Virus record (IMG/VR): IMGVR_UViG_3300035158_000865
Span: 1 to 52,778 of that record
Direction: 5' to 3' (one strand)
Length of the DNA: 52,778 nucleotides
Source of the DNA: a virus
Taxonomy: Duplodnaviria; Caudoviricetes
Positions within the stretch are counted from its first letter, which is position 1. The number at the start of each line of letters is the position of its first letter. The notes under the pieces are model-generated. The model was given only the letters and a program-made list of their open reading frames with translations. It had not been told where the DNA came from and ran no database searches. Positions 36,495 through 45,695 of the stretch are shown in pieces. A program made the position numbers and the translations under genes.

Positions 36495-37034
36495 TTAAAT
36501 CTCCTTTATACTGATGGGTTCTCTTCTTACAAATACCATAACTCCTATTTTAGTACCTACTTCAAGTTCTATAGCTGATTGACTATTATTATTCATAGGT
36601 ATTTTAATTGATTGACCATAATCTCTATTGATATGTGTTAGAAGTGTGCCACTAGTAGACCTTAACTGAATCTCATAATCTTCAGGTAAGTTTACTATAA
36701 CACCAGTATCAACAAGTTTAGCCTCACCAGCAGGTATTTCTTCAGCTTTATAACATTTCAATATATACTTGTTACCTTGTTTCTCCGGTGAGAATGCTCC
36801 TTCTTTCAGTTTTATCTTAATATCTCTAACTTTCATTGAGCCGTTTTCATCTTCTTCAATAGAATCGTTTAGTGCAGCAACCAAATGCTGATAGAAAATA
36901 AGATCATTTATTCTTTCTAGATCAGTACCCTTTATTTCAATAATCATAGTACTATCGGAACTATGTTCTATCTTTAAGTTCTGTATTCCTTTCTTAACTT
37001 TTTTCTGCTTGTTTGTTTTTGGTCTTGTTGTCAT
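36495..37034 (-). CDS. Degenerate dUTPase-fold protein
   Basis: IPAGEAKLVDTGV...LPE.YE.Q.RS.SG...INRDYG..IKIP....G.KIG retains the fold pattern but lacks GFDL, the catalytic Asp and the P-loop tail. Confidence 0.65.
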   Translation of the reverse strand: MTTRPKTNKQKKVKKGIQNLKIEHSSDSTMIIEIKGTDLERINDLIFYQHLVAALNDSIEEDENGSMKVRDIKIKLKEGAFSPEKQGNKYILKCYKAEEIPAGEAKLVDTGVIVNLPEDYEIQLRSTSGTLLTHINRDYGQSIKIPMNNNSQSAIELEVGTKIGVMVFVRREPISIKEI

Positions 37035-37045
37035 TTAATCTCCTC

Positions 37046-38392
37046 CTACTCTTTTACTTTTCTTGAATCTCCAGATATCTTAGCTGAATCCATCCAATCA
37101 TCTAATTCTGTGCTATCCCACATTCTTAATGAATTTTTATCATAATATAACTTATCCACTTCTCCTACTCTACCGCCCAATCTATTTTTGACTATTTTAT
37201 AAAAAAGTTCTCCCTCATATATTATTTTATCTTCATCTGTTCCATATATGCTAAGAAAATCAGCTGTTGCGGGAACACCCATACTCTCAGAAGTATAATT
37301 GAAATCTACTTCATCAAAAGCAACAAAACTTCCTTCTCTATTAAGCTGACTTACTGAAACAACAGGCATTTCAAATTCAAATGACAAAGCTCTTAACTCT
37401 TCTGCTATTCTCTTTACATCTGAATACATATTACTACTTTTGTTGGTAATAGATGGTTTCATTAAATTTATGTAATCAACGTAAAGTATAGATGGTATTA
37501 TACCTCTCATTTTTAATTCTCTAAGGTAACTTTTTATATCAGCAGTGGAACCCTCACCTGTGGGAAACTGTTTGATAAAAAGATTACCTCTACCCTCTTT
37601 GTTTTTAATCTCTTTAAGTTTCTTAGCTAGTTCTTTAGTCACTTTTCTAGAAGTATATATTCTATTAATATTTAAATCTGTAAAAATACTATCAAACCTC
37701 TGTGCAAATGCATATTCAGACATTTCCAGACTTGTTAAAACAACATTCAAGCCGTTCAGAACTTGTCTAGCTGCAAAGTTAGCTAAAGTATTAGACTTGA
37801 AGCCATGTATTTTTGCTAGAATTACTGATAAAGTGAAGGGAGGAAAACCACCATTTATATATTCATCAAACTGTGGATAATAAGTAGGTACTCTAATATC
37901 TCCTTGTGACATTATTTTCTTTAATCTACTAGATAAGTTATTGAAATAATCTAGTCCTAAATCCATCTTTATGTCTTTACATAAAGCATCTTCAACAAGA
38001 CTTCTAATCTTATTTAAGTTTTCATATTCACCTTCTTCAATTATATCTATGGAATCCCTTATAGCACTTTTTATAGCCTTGTCTTTCAGAAATAAATTAG
38101 TATTGTCTATCAAAAAGTCATAACCACTTATTACATCAAAATCTATAGATTCCACTTCATCAAATATTTCTTTTATACCCTCCTTTTCTTTACCGAATGA
38201 GTTTATAACAACATCTTTTGAGGGTATATCATTATATTCATTTATATAATCAGAAATATATTTAAAAAGTTTACCTATATTTGGATCATCGAAATAATCT
38301 TCTTTTAAAACTCTAGATGATAAAACTAAGAAATCTTTATTGAGTAGTGAAGACTTTATTATTAATTTTTCTAAAAAATCATAATCCATCAT
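37046..38392 (-). CDS. Replicative DNA helicase (T4 gp41/DnaB family)
   Basis: SLEMSE, VDYINLM, IAEELR, SQLNR, KNRLGG; Walker A is atypical (AKIHGFKS). Confidence 0.92.
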   Translation of the reverse strand: MMDYDFLEKLIIKSSLLNKDFLVLSSRVLKEDYFDDPNIGKLFKYISDYINEYNDIPSKDVVINSFGKEKEGIKEIFDEVESIDFDVISGYDFLIDNTNLFLKDKAIKSAIRDSIDIIEEGEYENLNKIRSLVEDALCKDIKMDLGLDYFNNLSSRLKKIMSQGDIRVPTYYPQFDEYINGGFPPFTLSVILAKIHGFKSNTLANFAARQVLNGLNVVLTSLEMSEYAFAQRFDSIFTDLNINRIYTSRKVTKELAKKLKEIKNKEGRGNLFIKQFPTGEGSTADIKSYLRELKMRGIIPSILYVDYINLMKPSITNKSSNMYSDVKRIAEELRALSFEFEMPVVSVSQLNREGSFVAFDEVDFNYTSESMGVPATADFLSIYGTDEDKIIYEGELFYKIVKNRLGGRVGEVDKLYYDKNSLRMWDSTELDDWMDSAKISGDSRKVKE

Positions 38393-38393
38393 A

Positions 38394-38765
38394 TTATACT
38401 TCCTCGAAATCTGGACATTTTAGTAAATCTATTTTTGAACTTTGTTTACATTCTTTAGAACACTTGATACATTTACTATTTAGTTTAGACCACCAGTTTC
38501 GTTCAAAGGAATCAGCATCTTTTTCTGATGTATCTAATATGTATACACTATCAGCTTTCAATTTGTCAAGACCCAAACTTCTTACCACAAGAGGATTATC
38601 CTTGTATTTCTTTAAAAATCTTTTCAGAGTTACATAATCAGACACGTTTTCCACGTCTGACAACCTCTTTATTTCCTGGCTCTTATAAAATCTACCCTTA
38701 CTAATTTTACCTGTGTACCATTTGTTTTTTCTTCTCACCACTGCTTCTATCTTTTTAGCTGACAT
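38394..38765 (-). CDS. Hypothetical protein with C-terminal Cys cluster
   Basis: Start MSAKK follows a GGAGAGG SD; CxxCxxxC...C. Confidence 0.6.
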   Translation of the reverse strand: MSAKKIEAVVRRKNKWYTGKISKGRFYKSQEIKRLSDVENVSDYVTLKRFLKKYKDNPLVVRSLGLDKLKADSVYILDTSEKDADSFERNWWSKLNSKCIKCSKECKQSSKIDLLKCPDFEEV

Positions 38766-38797
38766 ATACCTCTCCTTACAAAACACAGTTTTTACCT

Positions 38798-38826
38798 ATT
38801 ATACACCCACAAATGTTAAAAGTAAA
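38798..38826 (-). promoter_or_regulatory. Sigma70-type promoter TTTACT-N17-TATAAT driving the replication operon
   Basis: Exact 17-nt spacer, consensus -10. Confidence 0.75.
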
Positions 38827-38828
38827 TA

Positions 38829-38857
38829 TTTACATGTAAGATTTTTTATTGTATAAT
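38829..38857 (+). promoter_or_regulatory. Sigma70-type promoter TTTACA-N17-TATAAT
   Basis: Exact 17-nt spacer; back-to-back with the minus-strand promoter. Confidence 0.75.
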
Positions 38858-38878
38858 ATAAAAAGGAGGAGGATAATT

Positions 38879-39430
38879 ATGTCTAGAAAAAGAGTAGATA
38901 AAATAGTAGTGGTTGACATAGAAGCAACTTGCTGGGAGGGTAAGGCTCCTGAGAACCAAAAGAATGAAATAATAGAAGTTGGAATATGTACACTAGATGT
39001 AAGTACTTACCAGATAGAAGATGTTGACGGTATAATTATAAAACCTAAGTATTCAAAAGTAAGTGAATTTTGTACCAGCCTAACAGGACTTACACAGGAA
39101 ATAGTAGATAAAGGATGTAGTTTTCAAGAAGCATGTAAAATCCTAAGGTCAAAGTACAGGACTAAGCTAAGAGCTTGGGGAAGCTGGGGTGATGCTGATA
39201 GGATGTACTTTGTTAGGTCTTGTGAATTATTTGGTACTAAGTATCCTTTCTCAGGCTCCCATATAAATATAAAATCTCTGTTTTCCATAACTAATAATAT
39301 ATATAGAGAATTAAGCATGAAGAAAGCTATGAATTATGCAAAATTGGATTGGGAAGGCAGACATCATTGTGGTAAAGATGATGCGAAAAATACTGCAAAA
39401 CTTCTAAAAACTATTCTACCTGAGAGATAA
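38879..39430 (+). CDS. DEDDh 3'-5' exonuclease (ERI-1/KapD-like)
   Basis: VDIEATC, EIIEVG, C..LTG, SWG..D, HH.G.DDA.N; AGGAGG SD before ATG 38879. Confidence 0.9.
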   Translation: MSRKRVDKIVVVDIEATCWEGKAPENQKNEIIEVGICTLDVSTYQIEDVDGIIIKPKYSKVSEFCTSLTGLTQEIVDKGCSFQEACKILRSKYRTKLRAWGSWGDADRMYFVRSCELFGTKYPFSGSHINIKSLFSITNNIYRELSMKKAMNYAKLDWEGRHHCGKDDAKNTAKLLKTILPER

Positions 39431-39433
39431 ATA
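39426..39433 (+). promoter_or_regulatory. Late promoter-like GATAAATA upstream of uvsY
   Basis: 7/8 match to TATAAATA, 20 nt before the start. Confidence 0.45.
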
Positions 39434-39453
39434 GTAAAGAGGTATATGATAAG

Positions 39454-39870
39454 ATGGATATTGATGTTGATAAAATATTAAATAAATTAAGAGAAGATTA
39501 TCCTATAGAGGAAGAAATAAAATTTTGTGAATTTGATTTACAAGATAAGTTAAAGGATAACTCTTTTAAAGTAATAAGATATAGAGACATATATGATAAG
39601 GAGAGAGCTAAATTAGAGTATATTGAGGAACTCATGGATAAACTAATAGGAGAAAGATATGATTATTATAGGTTTGATTATGATAAGGCATTAGATAAAA
39701 CAGAAATAAAGAATTATTATATTCCAAAGGACGAAAAAGTTTTAAGAATGAAGAAAATAATAAGAAAACAAAAAATAAAAGTTGATTTCTTTGATATGTG
39801 TATTAAGGCGTTACAGACACAAGGCTGGAATATGAAACACTTTTGGGAAACAGTTAAGGGAGGACTATAA
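39454..39870 (+). CDS. uvsY: UvsY-like recombination mediator
   Basis: 138 aa, helical; YDYY...LDKTEIK.YY...DE...K....GWNMK; near uvsW. Confidence 0.7.
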   Translation: MDIDVDKILNKLREDYPIEEEIKFCEFDLQDKLKDNSFKVIRYRDIYDKERAKLEYIEELMDKLIGERYDYYRFDYDKALDKTEIKNYYIPKDEKVLRMKKIIRKQKIKVDFFDMCIKALQTQGWNMKHFWETVKGGL

Positions 39871-40235
39871 TGACAACAAAAACCGGAATTAATAAACGAT
39901 CTATAGCTATAATTACAAGTATACTTACTATTATAGGAATGATAGTAACAGGTGTTTGGCAACTAGATGCGAGAATGGATAACAAAATAGAGAAAGAATT
40001 GATAACTTTTGAACAAAAGGCTGGTATGGTTTTTGATAAGATCCAAAGAACACAAGATATAAGATATTACAATCTTATAATAACAACTCTTACTGAAAAA
40101 AAGGTTAGACTAGAAGAAGAAATAAAAATTGAACCGGAAAACCCAAATAATAAATTAAAAGAGCATAAGTTAGGTATGATAAATAAAAAAATTGATAGAT
40201 ATCAAGATAGACTTGACAGGTTGTTAGAAGAATAA
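39870..40235 (+). CDS. Single-TM coiled-coil membrane protein
   Basis: IAIITSILTIIGMIVTGVW followed by coiled coil. Confidence 0.6.
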   Translation: MTTKTGINKRSIAIITSILTIIGMIVTGVWQLDARMDNKIEKELITFEQKAGMVFDKIQRTQDIRYYNLIITTLTEKKVRLEEEIKIEPENPNNKLKEHKLGMINKKIDRYQDRLDRLLEE

Positions 40236-41680
40236 TGGAAGAGATAAATATAGAAAAATTTGATGATTTGAGTATTAAAATAGATACAGATGACTATCAA
40301 TATCTCAATGATTTAAAAGAGTATTTTACTGATTATGTTCCTAACTTTCAGTTTATGCCACAATACCAATGTGGTGGCTGGAATGGTAAGACTTCAATGC
40401 TAAACCCTATGGACAAATCTTTACCATTTGGTCTATTCATGGACTTTCTAAAATTTCACAATAAGTACTATCCATTTAAAAAATTGAATATAGAGAAGGA
40501 TGTAAAAAATATTTTTAAAGGCTGTGAACCTGATTTTAAATGGGACCTAGAATTAAAGCCATATGATTTCCAGGAAGAGTGTATAAAAGCAGCATTGAAA
40601 TACTCTAAAGGTATTATACGATCAGCAACAGCTAGCGGAAAGTCTTTAATGATAACCTATATAATTAAAACTTTGAAAGAAAAAGGCTGTTTAGGTAAAT
40701 GTATTATAATTGTACCTAGTTTATCTCTGATAGAACAATTTGTTGGTGATATAAAGGATTATGGTTTTGAAATTGATATAGGTAAAGTAAATTCAAAGAA
40801 AAAGGAATGGGATAAAACTTTAGTTATATCAACATGGCAAACACTAGCTAAAAATCATGATGTTCTTAATAATTATAACACAGTAATAGTAGATGAAGTT
40901 CACGGAGCAAAAGCTCATGAATTGAAAAAAATTCTATCTAATTGTACTAGAGCTAAATATAGACTAGGTTTTACTGGTACTCTACCGACAGCTAAAGTTG
41001 ATTTATGGAATATAAAATCTTTTTTAGGACCTGTTATAAAAGACTATCCAGCAGGATATCTAGCAGATAAAGGTTATATAGCTAAATGTAATGTTAATAT
41101 GCTATATATAAATTACAATACCGGTTATAATGGTTTTTATGATGATATAAAAGATAATTTATTCCGAAATCCATATAGATTAGAAGTCTTGGATAATATA
41201 ATAAGGATGTTAGAAAATAAAGGTAATGCGCTAATACTTGTAGGTAAAGTAGAAAAGGAAGGTGAATTTTTAGAAGAATATTTGAAGACATCTAAGAATG
41301 AAAAAAAGTTAGCTTTTCTATCCGGTAAGGATGATGTTTCTAGAAGAGAGAAATGGAGAAGGAGATGTAATTATGGTAAAGGTATATGCTTGATAGCTAC
41401 TTATGGAATTTTTCAAGCAGGTATCAACATACCATCACTAAAGTATATAATAATGGCATCACCTTTCAAAAGTAAAATAAGAGTATTGCAAAGTATAGGA
41501 AGATCATTAAGAAAGCATGCTAGTAAAGCTAATGGAGCCCAAATTTTTGATTTGGTTGATGAGACAAAATATTTTTCAGACCATGGTTCAAAAAGATTAA
41601 GGTACTATAATTCTGAGAAATTTGATGTTAATGAAATTTTATTAGAGGAAGGAAATCCTATACAAATAGATAATATATAA
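40235..41680 (+). CDS. uvsW: UvsW-like SF2 DNA helicase
   Basis: F.F.P.Y..G.WNGK, TASGKS, DEVH, GFTGT, QSIGR.LR. Confidence 0.92.
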   Translation: MEEINIEKFDDLSIKIDTDDYQYLNDLKEYFTDYVPNFQFMPQYQCGGWNGKTSMLNPMDKSLPFGLFMDFLKFHNKYYPFKKLNIEKDVKNIFKGCEPDFKWDLELKPYDFQEECIKAALKYSKGIIRSATASGKSLMITYIIKTLKEKGCLGKCIIIVPSLSLIEQFVGDIKDYGFEIDIGKVNSKKKEWDKTLVISTWQTLAKNHDVLNNYNTVIVDEVHGAKAHELKKILSNCTRAKYRLGFTGTLPTAKVDLWNIKSFLGPVIKDYPAGYLADKGYIAKCNVNMLYINYNTGYNGFYDDIKDNLFRNPYRLEVLDNIIRMLENKGNALILVGKVEKEGEFLEEYLKTSKNEKKLAFLSGKDDVSRREKWRRRCNYGKGICLIATYGIFQAGINIPSLKYIIMASPFKSKIRVLQSIGRSLRKHASKANGAQIFDLVDETKYFSDHGSKRLRYYNSEKFDVNEILLEEGNPIQIDNI

Positions 41681-41683
41681 ATA
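41676..41683 (+). promoter_or_regulatory. T4-type late promoter TATAAATA
   Basis: Exact consensus about 40 nt before the start at 41723. Confidence 0.6.
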
Positions 41684-41722
41684 CAGGTGGAAGTTGATAT
41701 TATAATAAAGAGGTAATTTAGC

Positions 41723-42268
41723 ATGATTCTAGATTTAGCAAAAACAAAGAGTATGACGTTCTCTTTAGATATTGATGGTGCTGATATCAAAGAACATAAG
41801 TCTTTCTTATCAATAGCAATGAATAATTTTAATTTAGAAATACCAATGGTTTTAGAAGAGGGTAAACTTAAAGTTTCTATACCTCCTCTAAAAGAGTTAA
41901 AAAACCATATACCAGAAAATAAAAAACTGAAATTTAAAATCTTCTCAATAATAGGTGAAAATTATTTTGAGCCTTATGAATCTGAAATGAAAGTAAAAGA
42001 AGAACCAAAACTTAATATAGAACCTGATGAGGAGAAAGAGGAGAAAGAAGAGAAGAAAACTATTGATGAGAAGAAAGAAAAGAGTGGTAATGAGAAAAAA
42101 GAAAATAAATCAGAGAAGAAAACTAAATTTAGAGCTGTTTTAGAAACAGAAAGGGATAGAAAAGAGAAGAAAAAAGAAATAGAAAAAGAGGAAGTGAAAG
42201 AGGAAGTGAAAGAGGAAAATAATAACAGAAAAGAAAAATCCAAGTTTTCTAGACTCCTAAAAGGATAA
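41723..42268 (+). CDS. Hypothetical late protein with E/K-rich tail
   Basis: Beta-type N-domain, low-complexity C-half. Confidence 0.65.
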   Translation: MILDLAKTKSMTFSLDIDGADIKEHKSFLSIAMNNFNLEIPMVLEEGKLKVSIPPLKELKNHIPENKKLKFKIFSIIGENYFEPYESEMKVKEEPKLNIEPDEEKEEKEEKKTIDEKKEKSGNEKKENKSEKKTKFRAVLETERDRKEKKKEIEKEEVKEEVKEENNNRKEKSKFSRLLKG

Positions 42269-42274
42269 GGAGTA

Positions 42275-42333
42275 AAGGGCGATATAGAGAAACACACTTT
42301 GTTTCATAAAGAATAAAAAATCGCCCTTCTTTT
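42275..42333. terminator. Inverted repeat between convergent genes
   Basis: AAGGGCGAT/ATCGCCCTT stem with a long loop containing a GAAAC/GTTTC hairpin. Confidence 0.5.
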
Positions 42334-42985
42334 ATGCGTTTCCTACTTCTTCTGAGAATTTAATAACCATTTTCATAAACTTCTTATATACTTTATGGTT
42401 AGGTCCAAAGACTCTATAATATCTCTTTATTGTATGTGATTCTCTATATATTAACATTTCTATAACAGCATCTTGTGCTAACGCCTGTATCTCATGCCTA
42501 TCTGATAAATAATCTTCTTCAGAATATTCACCCTCAATACTACCTGTTTCAGGTCCTTCCCAAGATTTACCTTTAGATGCTTCTCCTTGAGATAAATGTA
42601 TTAGTTCATGGATAAACAATTCCCACATATTAGAGAAAAATAAGTTTGTTTCTATATTATAGAACTTTCTTAATTTTTGTGGGTCTCTATATCTTCTGAA
42701 AAATTTACTTGCTCCTTTTTTTACATAAAATAGTATATTTTTAGATTTTCCAACTTCTGCACCTTTAAACCATTTTTGTACTTCACCTTTTACTCTTGTA
42801 CGTTTAAATGACATATTTTCAGACTTAAATATACCATTAAGTATTTTTATTAGAGTATCATCTGTTACATCCCAATCATGTTTTTGCATTATTCTAGCCA
42901 TTTCACCAAGATGATCCTCAATAATACCTTTAGCTTGTTTCAAGGTAGGTTTTGTTATTTCATTTAGATACTTATTTAATCTCAT
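42332..42985 (-). CDS. Zincin-like metallopeptidase with CTS-like leader
   Basis: HELIH...Y.....EIQA; MRLNKYLNE. Confidence 0.65.
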   Translation of the reverse strand: MRLNKYLNEITKPTLKQAKGIIEDHLGEMARIMQKHDWDVTDDTLIKILNGIFKSENMSFKRTRVKGEVQKWFKGAEVGKSKNILFYVKKGASKFFRRYRDPQKLRKFYNIETNLFFSNMWELFIHELIHLSQGEASKGKSWEGPETGSIEGEYSEEDYLSDRHEIQALAQDAVIEMLIYRESHTIKRYYRVFGPNHKVYKKFMKMVIKFSEEVGNA

Positions 42986-43533
42986 TTTATTCTTCTTGAA
43001 AACTGTACCTTATGTTTTTTATTAAACAAAGAAATACTTTTCACTATTATTTTTGGTAACTTAACTCTCTCTTCTATTTCTGAAAGTAAACCTTTTGATA
43101 ATACATCTTTTTCTAATGTTATCAAACTTACATGAGGTCTCATTCCACCAGGAAAAGTCCTTATAGAATTAGGAATTTCACTATATATATCACTGAATAT
43201 ATCTTTATACTTCTGATTTGATTTATATTCTATAGCTATAAAATCTTTACCAGTTATGGAACCATATAACTTTACCAACTCTTTAGGTTTGAACCTTACT
43301 TGGATTTTTATATCTTGGATTATTCTATTAAGTTTGTCTTTTTCTATAGGTGATATTATTTGTGCAACACTTATATGTGGATTACCTGTAAGAACTTGAT
43401 GTTTTATGTCCGCATTGGTTAGATATTTACTTATTTCATTTTGAACACCTCTAAGCGTGCTTCCATCAACATCAAATGCTATTAAGGTTTTTTCCATTTT
43501 TTTAGCTTCTTTTATGTACTTGTAAAGCTTCAT
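42982..43533 (-). CDS. 2H phosphodiesterase (Acb1/T4 57B-like) with CTS-like leader
   Basis: Two HxS motifs, PHISV and PHVSL; MKLYKYIKE. Confidence 0.75.
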   Translation of the reverse strand: MKLYKYIKEAKKMEKTLIAFDVDGSTLRGVQNEISKYLTNADIKHQVLTGNPHISVAQIISPIEKDKLNRIIQDIKIQVRFKPKELVKLYGSITGKDFIAIEYKSNQKYKDIFSDIYSEIPNSIRTFPGGMRPHVSLITLEKDVLSKGLLSEIEERVKLPKIIVKSISLFNKKHKVQFSRRIK

Positions 43534-43802
43534 TTTTTCTTCTTTTTACCTCTATAACCAGTCCAAAGTAAGTGTTTCCTTGCAAAGTATACTAAACCTT
43601 TAGGATGCTTCTTAGGTCTATCTATCTTCTTTAAATCTTTCGTATTCACAGTCATATACTTCTTATTCTTACCTTTCCAAGTAGCCACAACATTTTTATC
43701 ATTAGAAAGAGCAACAATAAATATTCCTTTCATACCATTAAATTCTACCCAATTACCTGCTTTGAAACCTCTACCAAGAGAGAAAAGTTCTCTCATCTTC
43801 AT
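43530..43802 (-). CDS. Small basic SH3/KOW-like protein
   Basis: FKAGNWVEFNGMKG pattern. Confidence 0.5.
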   Translation of the reverse strand: MKMRELFSLGRGFKAGNWVEFNGMKGIFIVALSNDKNVVATWKGKNKKYMTVNTKDLKKIDRPKKHPKGLVYFARKHLLWTGYRGKKKKK

Positions 43803-43810
43803 AATATCAC

Positions 43811-44686
43811 CTATTTATACCATAAAAGTTTTTTGATTTCTGATAAATTATACATCAAAGAATTAACTAAATAATACTTCTTACATTTAAACATTATTTC
43901 ATTATCTGATTTTATTGCTTTAGATAAATTATTATTTTTATAACTTCCCACTATTTCTATAAATTTTCCTTCTCTTTCATTTCTTAATTCTTCTAACTTA
44001 TCAATCCACCAATCATCAAAACTCACGCTTGGAACCCATTCAAGATCATTATAAACCATATCCTCAGCTTCATCTCTTAATTCTTTTTTATTATTAAATT
44101 CCCAGTTTTCATTCTCCTCAAGTTCCCTCATTATATCATCTATAGCATCTTCTAATGTCTCATATTCATTACCTTGTACAAGGTAATGACCATCACCTGA
44201 TGCTTCACCATATTTACGTTCATATTCCTCATCATAATCTTCTGGATAAAATTCATCATCTGGAAAACTTGCAGCTTCTAATTCATCATATAGGTCTTTT
44301 ATATAAGGTGACCATATAAAATCAAATCTGCCTATAGGAAAAAACAAATAAACATCACCATAACCTGATGCCGTGGAACGCTTACCTGTAGCAAAAATAC
44401 CCTCCGATCTTACGTTCCAACCAAATTCTCTTCTGAATAATTCATCAAATTCATCATGTAATTTAATGGGTATATCAACTGGTTTTCTATCTTTTCTAGG
44501 TTTGATTTGATAAAGTCCATCCATAGGATGTGAACCCTTAACTCTTCTAACACCCCTATAAACAAAATCTTTTACTCTTTTTGTTTCTCGTAGAAATGGG
44601 TCACAATCTTTTCTAAGAATATCAGTTAATTGCTCTATATTACTACCATAATCTTTAATCTCTTTTAAATATTTACCTAATCTCAT
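43811..44686 (-). CDS. Putative ADP-ribosyltransferase-fold protein with CTS-like leader
   Basis: VYRG...IFAT....ASGYG...NEIMF order of ART-like motifs; MRLGKYLKE; acidic insertion. Confidence 0.45.
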   Translation of the reverse strand: MRLGKYLKEIKDYGSNIEQLTDILRKDCDPFLRETKRVKDFVYRGVRRVKGSHPMDGLYQIKPRKDRKPVDIPIKLHDEFDELFRREFGWNVRSEGIFATGKRSTASGYGDVYLFFPIGRFDFIWSPYIKDLYDELEAASFPDDEFYPEDYDEEYERKYGEASGDGHYLVQGNEYETLEDAIDDIMRELEENENWEFNNKKELRDEAEDMVYNDLEWVPSVSFDDWWIDKLEELRNEREGKFIEIVGSYKNNNLSKAIKSDNEIMFKCKKYYLVNSLMYNLSEIKKLLWYK

Positions 44687-44994
44687 TTCTTTGCTATCTC
44701 GAAATATATAGTATTTGTTGGTCTCTCTACATCAGTCTTGAAAGTATAATCTTCCATATTATCTACCATATCTACAAGGAGGTTAGTGAAATTAAACAAA
44801 TCATCGTTATAGATAAATGTAATACCTTTTTTTCTGTTAGGAGAAGCTTCAACAGTAACTTCATCTTCATCATAAAAACCAACTTGTGATTTTAGTACAA
44901 ATGAAGTTTTTTTAGGTCTCTTTATTAACTTCTCTACCATATTCTTTTCTTTACTAGTTATTTTAGCCTCATTTAGAAAATTTCTAAATTTCAT
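44683..44994 (-). CDS. Putative internal head protein
   Basis: MKFRNFLNE. Confidence 0.55.
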   Translation of the reverse strand: MKFRNFLNEAKITSKEKNMVEKLIKRPKKTSFVLKSQVGFYDEDEVTVEASPNRKKGITFIYNDDLFNFTNLLVDMVDNMEDYTFKTDVERPTNTIYFEIAKK

Positions 44995-45005
44995 CTTAAC
45001 TCTCC

Positions 45006-45695
45006 TTAACTTCTATACCATATAGAAACAGTTCTCTTAATTTCATCCACAGAATGCAAATGGGGTGATAAGTACTTCCAACCATTTTCTCTCATAGTTT
45101 CTATATAGTGTTTACCTATAGTATTCTTTACATCTGAATTATAGAATGATGATAATTTTTTGAATGATTTCAATATCATATCATTATTTAATTCACCTTC
45201 ATCATTCTTCACTGTTACAAATACTGGAAATTTGGTTTTATAGAATGACTTCATTCTACTTACCTCATTATAAAACTCAATTATTACTTTCTCTGGAACT
45301 TTTCTATTCCTTTGTCTAACCCTCTCTATAGCTGTCTCTAAAGATGTCTCTACAAAAACCATAGCCATATCATATCCAAAAGATTCCAACAAACCATATC
45401 TCTTCAATACTGAACTTGGATTAGCTGATGTTCCATCAACAGCTAGAGGTAACATAGAATTTATATATAGAACTAATTGATTCTTAGTAAGTGTTTTAGC
45501 TCTATCAAGAAAACTTATATCATTATCAAAATGCTCAATAAATTTATCAGTGTTAACTACTCTTGGTTCTACCTGTCCAGACTTAATTCTATTCAAAGTA
45601 TAACTTTTACCAGAACCAGGATGTCCTGCCATAAAAGCTGTTTTGAATATACCAGCATCATTAATACCTTCGTTTATAAACTTCTCTAATTTCAT
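45006..45695 (-). CDS. P-loop kinase (zeta-toxin/AAA_33-like) with CTS-like leader
   Basis: GHPGSGKS, VNTD, VDGT, A.ER...R.R.VP; MKLEKFINE. Confidence 0.8.
   Translation of the reverse strand: MKLEKFINEGINDAGIFKTAFMAGHPGSGKSYTLNRIKSGQVEPRVVNTDKFIEHFDNDISFLDRAKTLTKNQLVLYINSMLPLAVDGTSANPSSVLKRYGLLESFGYDMAMVFVETSLETAIERVRQRNRKVPEKVIIEFYNEVSRMKSFYKTKFPVFVTVKNDEGELNNDMILKSFKKLSSFYNSDVKNTIGKHYIETMRENGWKYLSPHLHSVDEIKRTVSIWYRS

Noticed and set aside
41974-42297. F/S-rich minus-strand ORF resembling a membrane protein
   Set aside because: It is the reverse complement of the E/K low-complexity tail of 41723-42268
45006-45695. Zeta toxin-antitoxin module
   Set aside because: Only a generic P-loop kinase signature; no recognisable antitoxin, and it carries the shared leader like its neighbours
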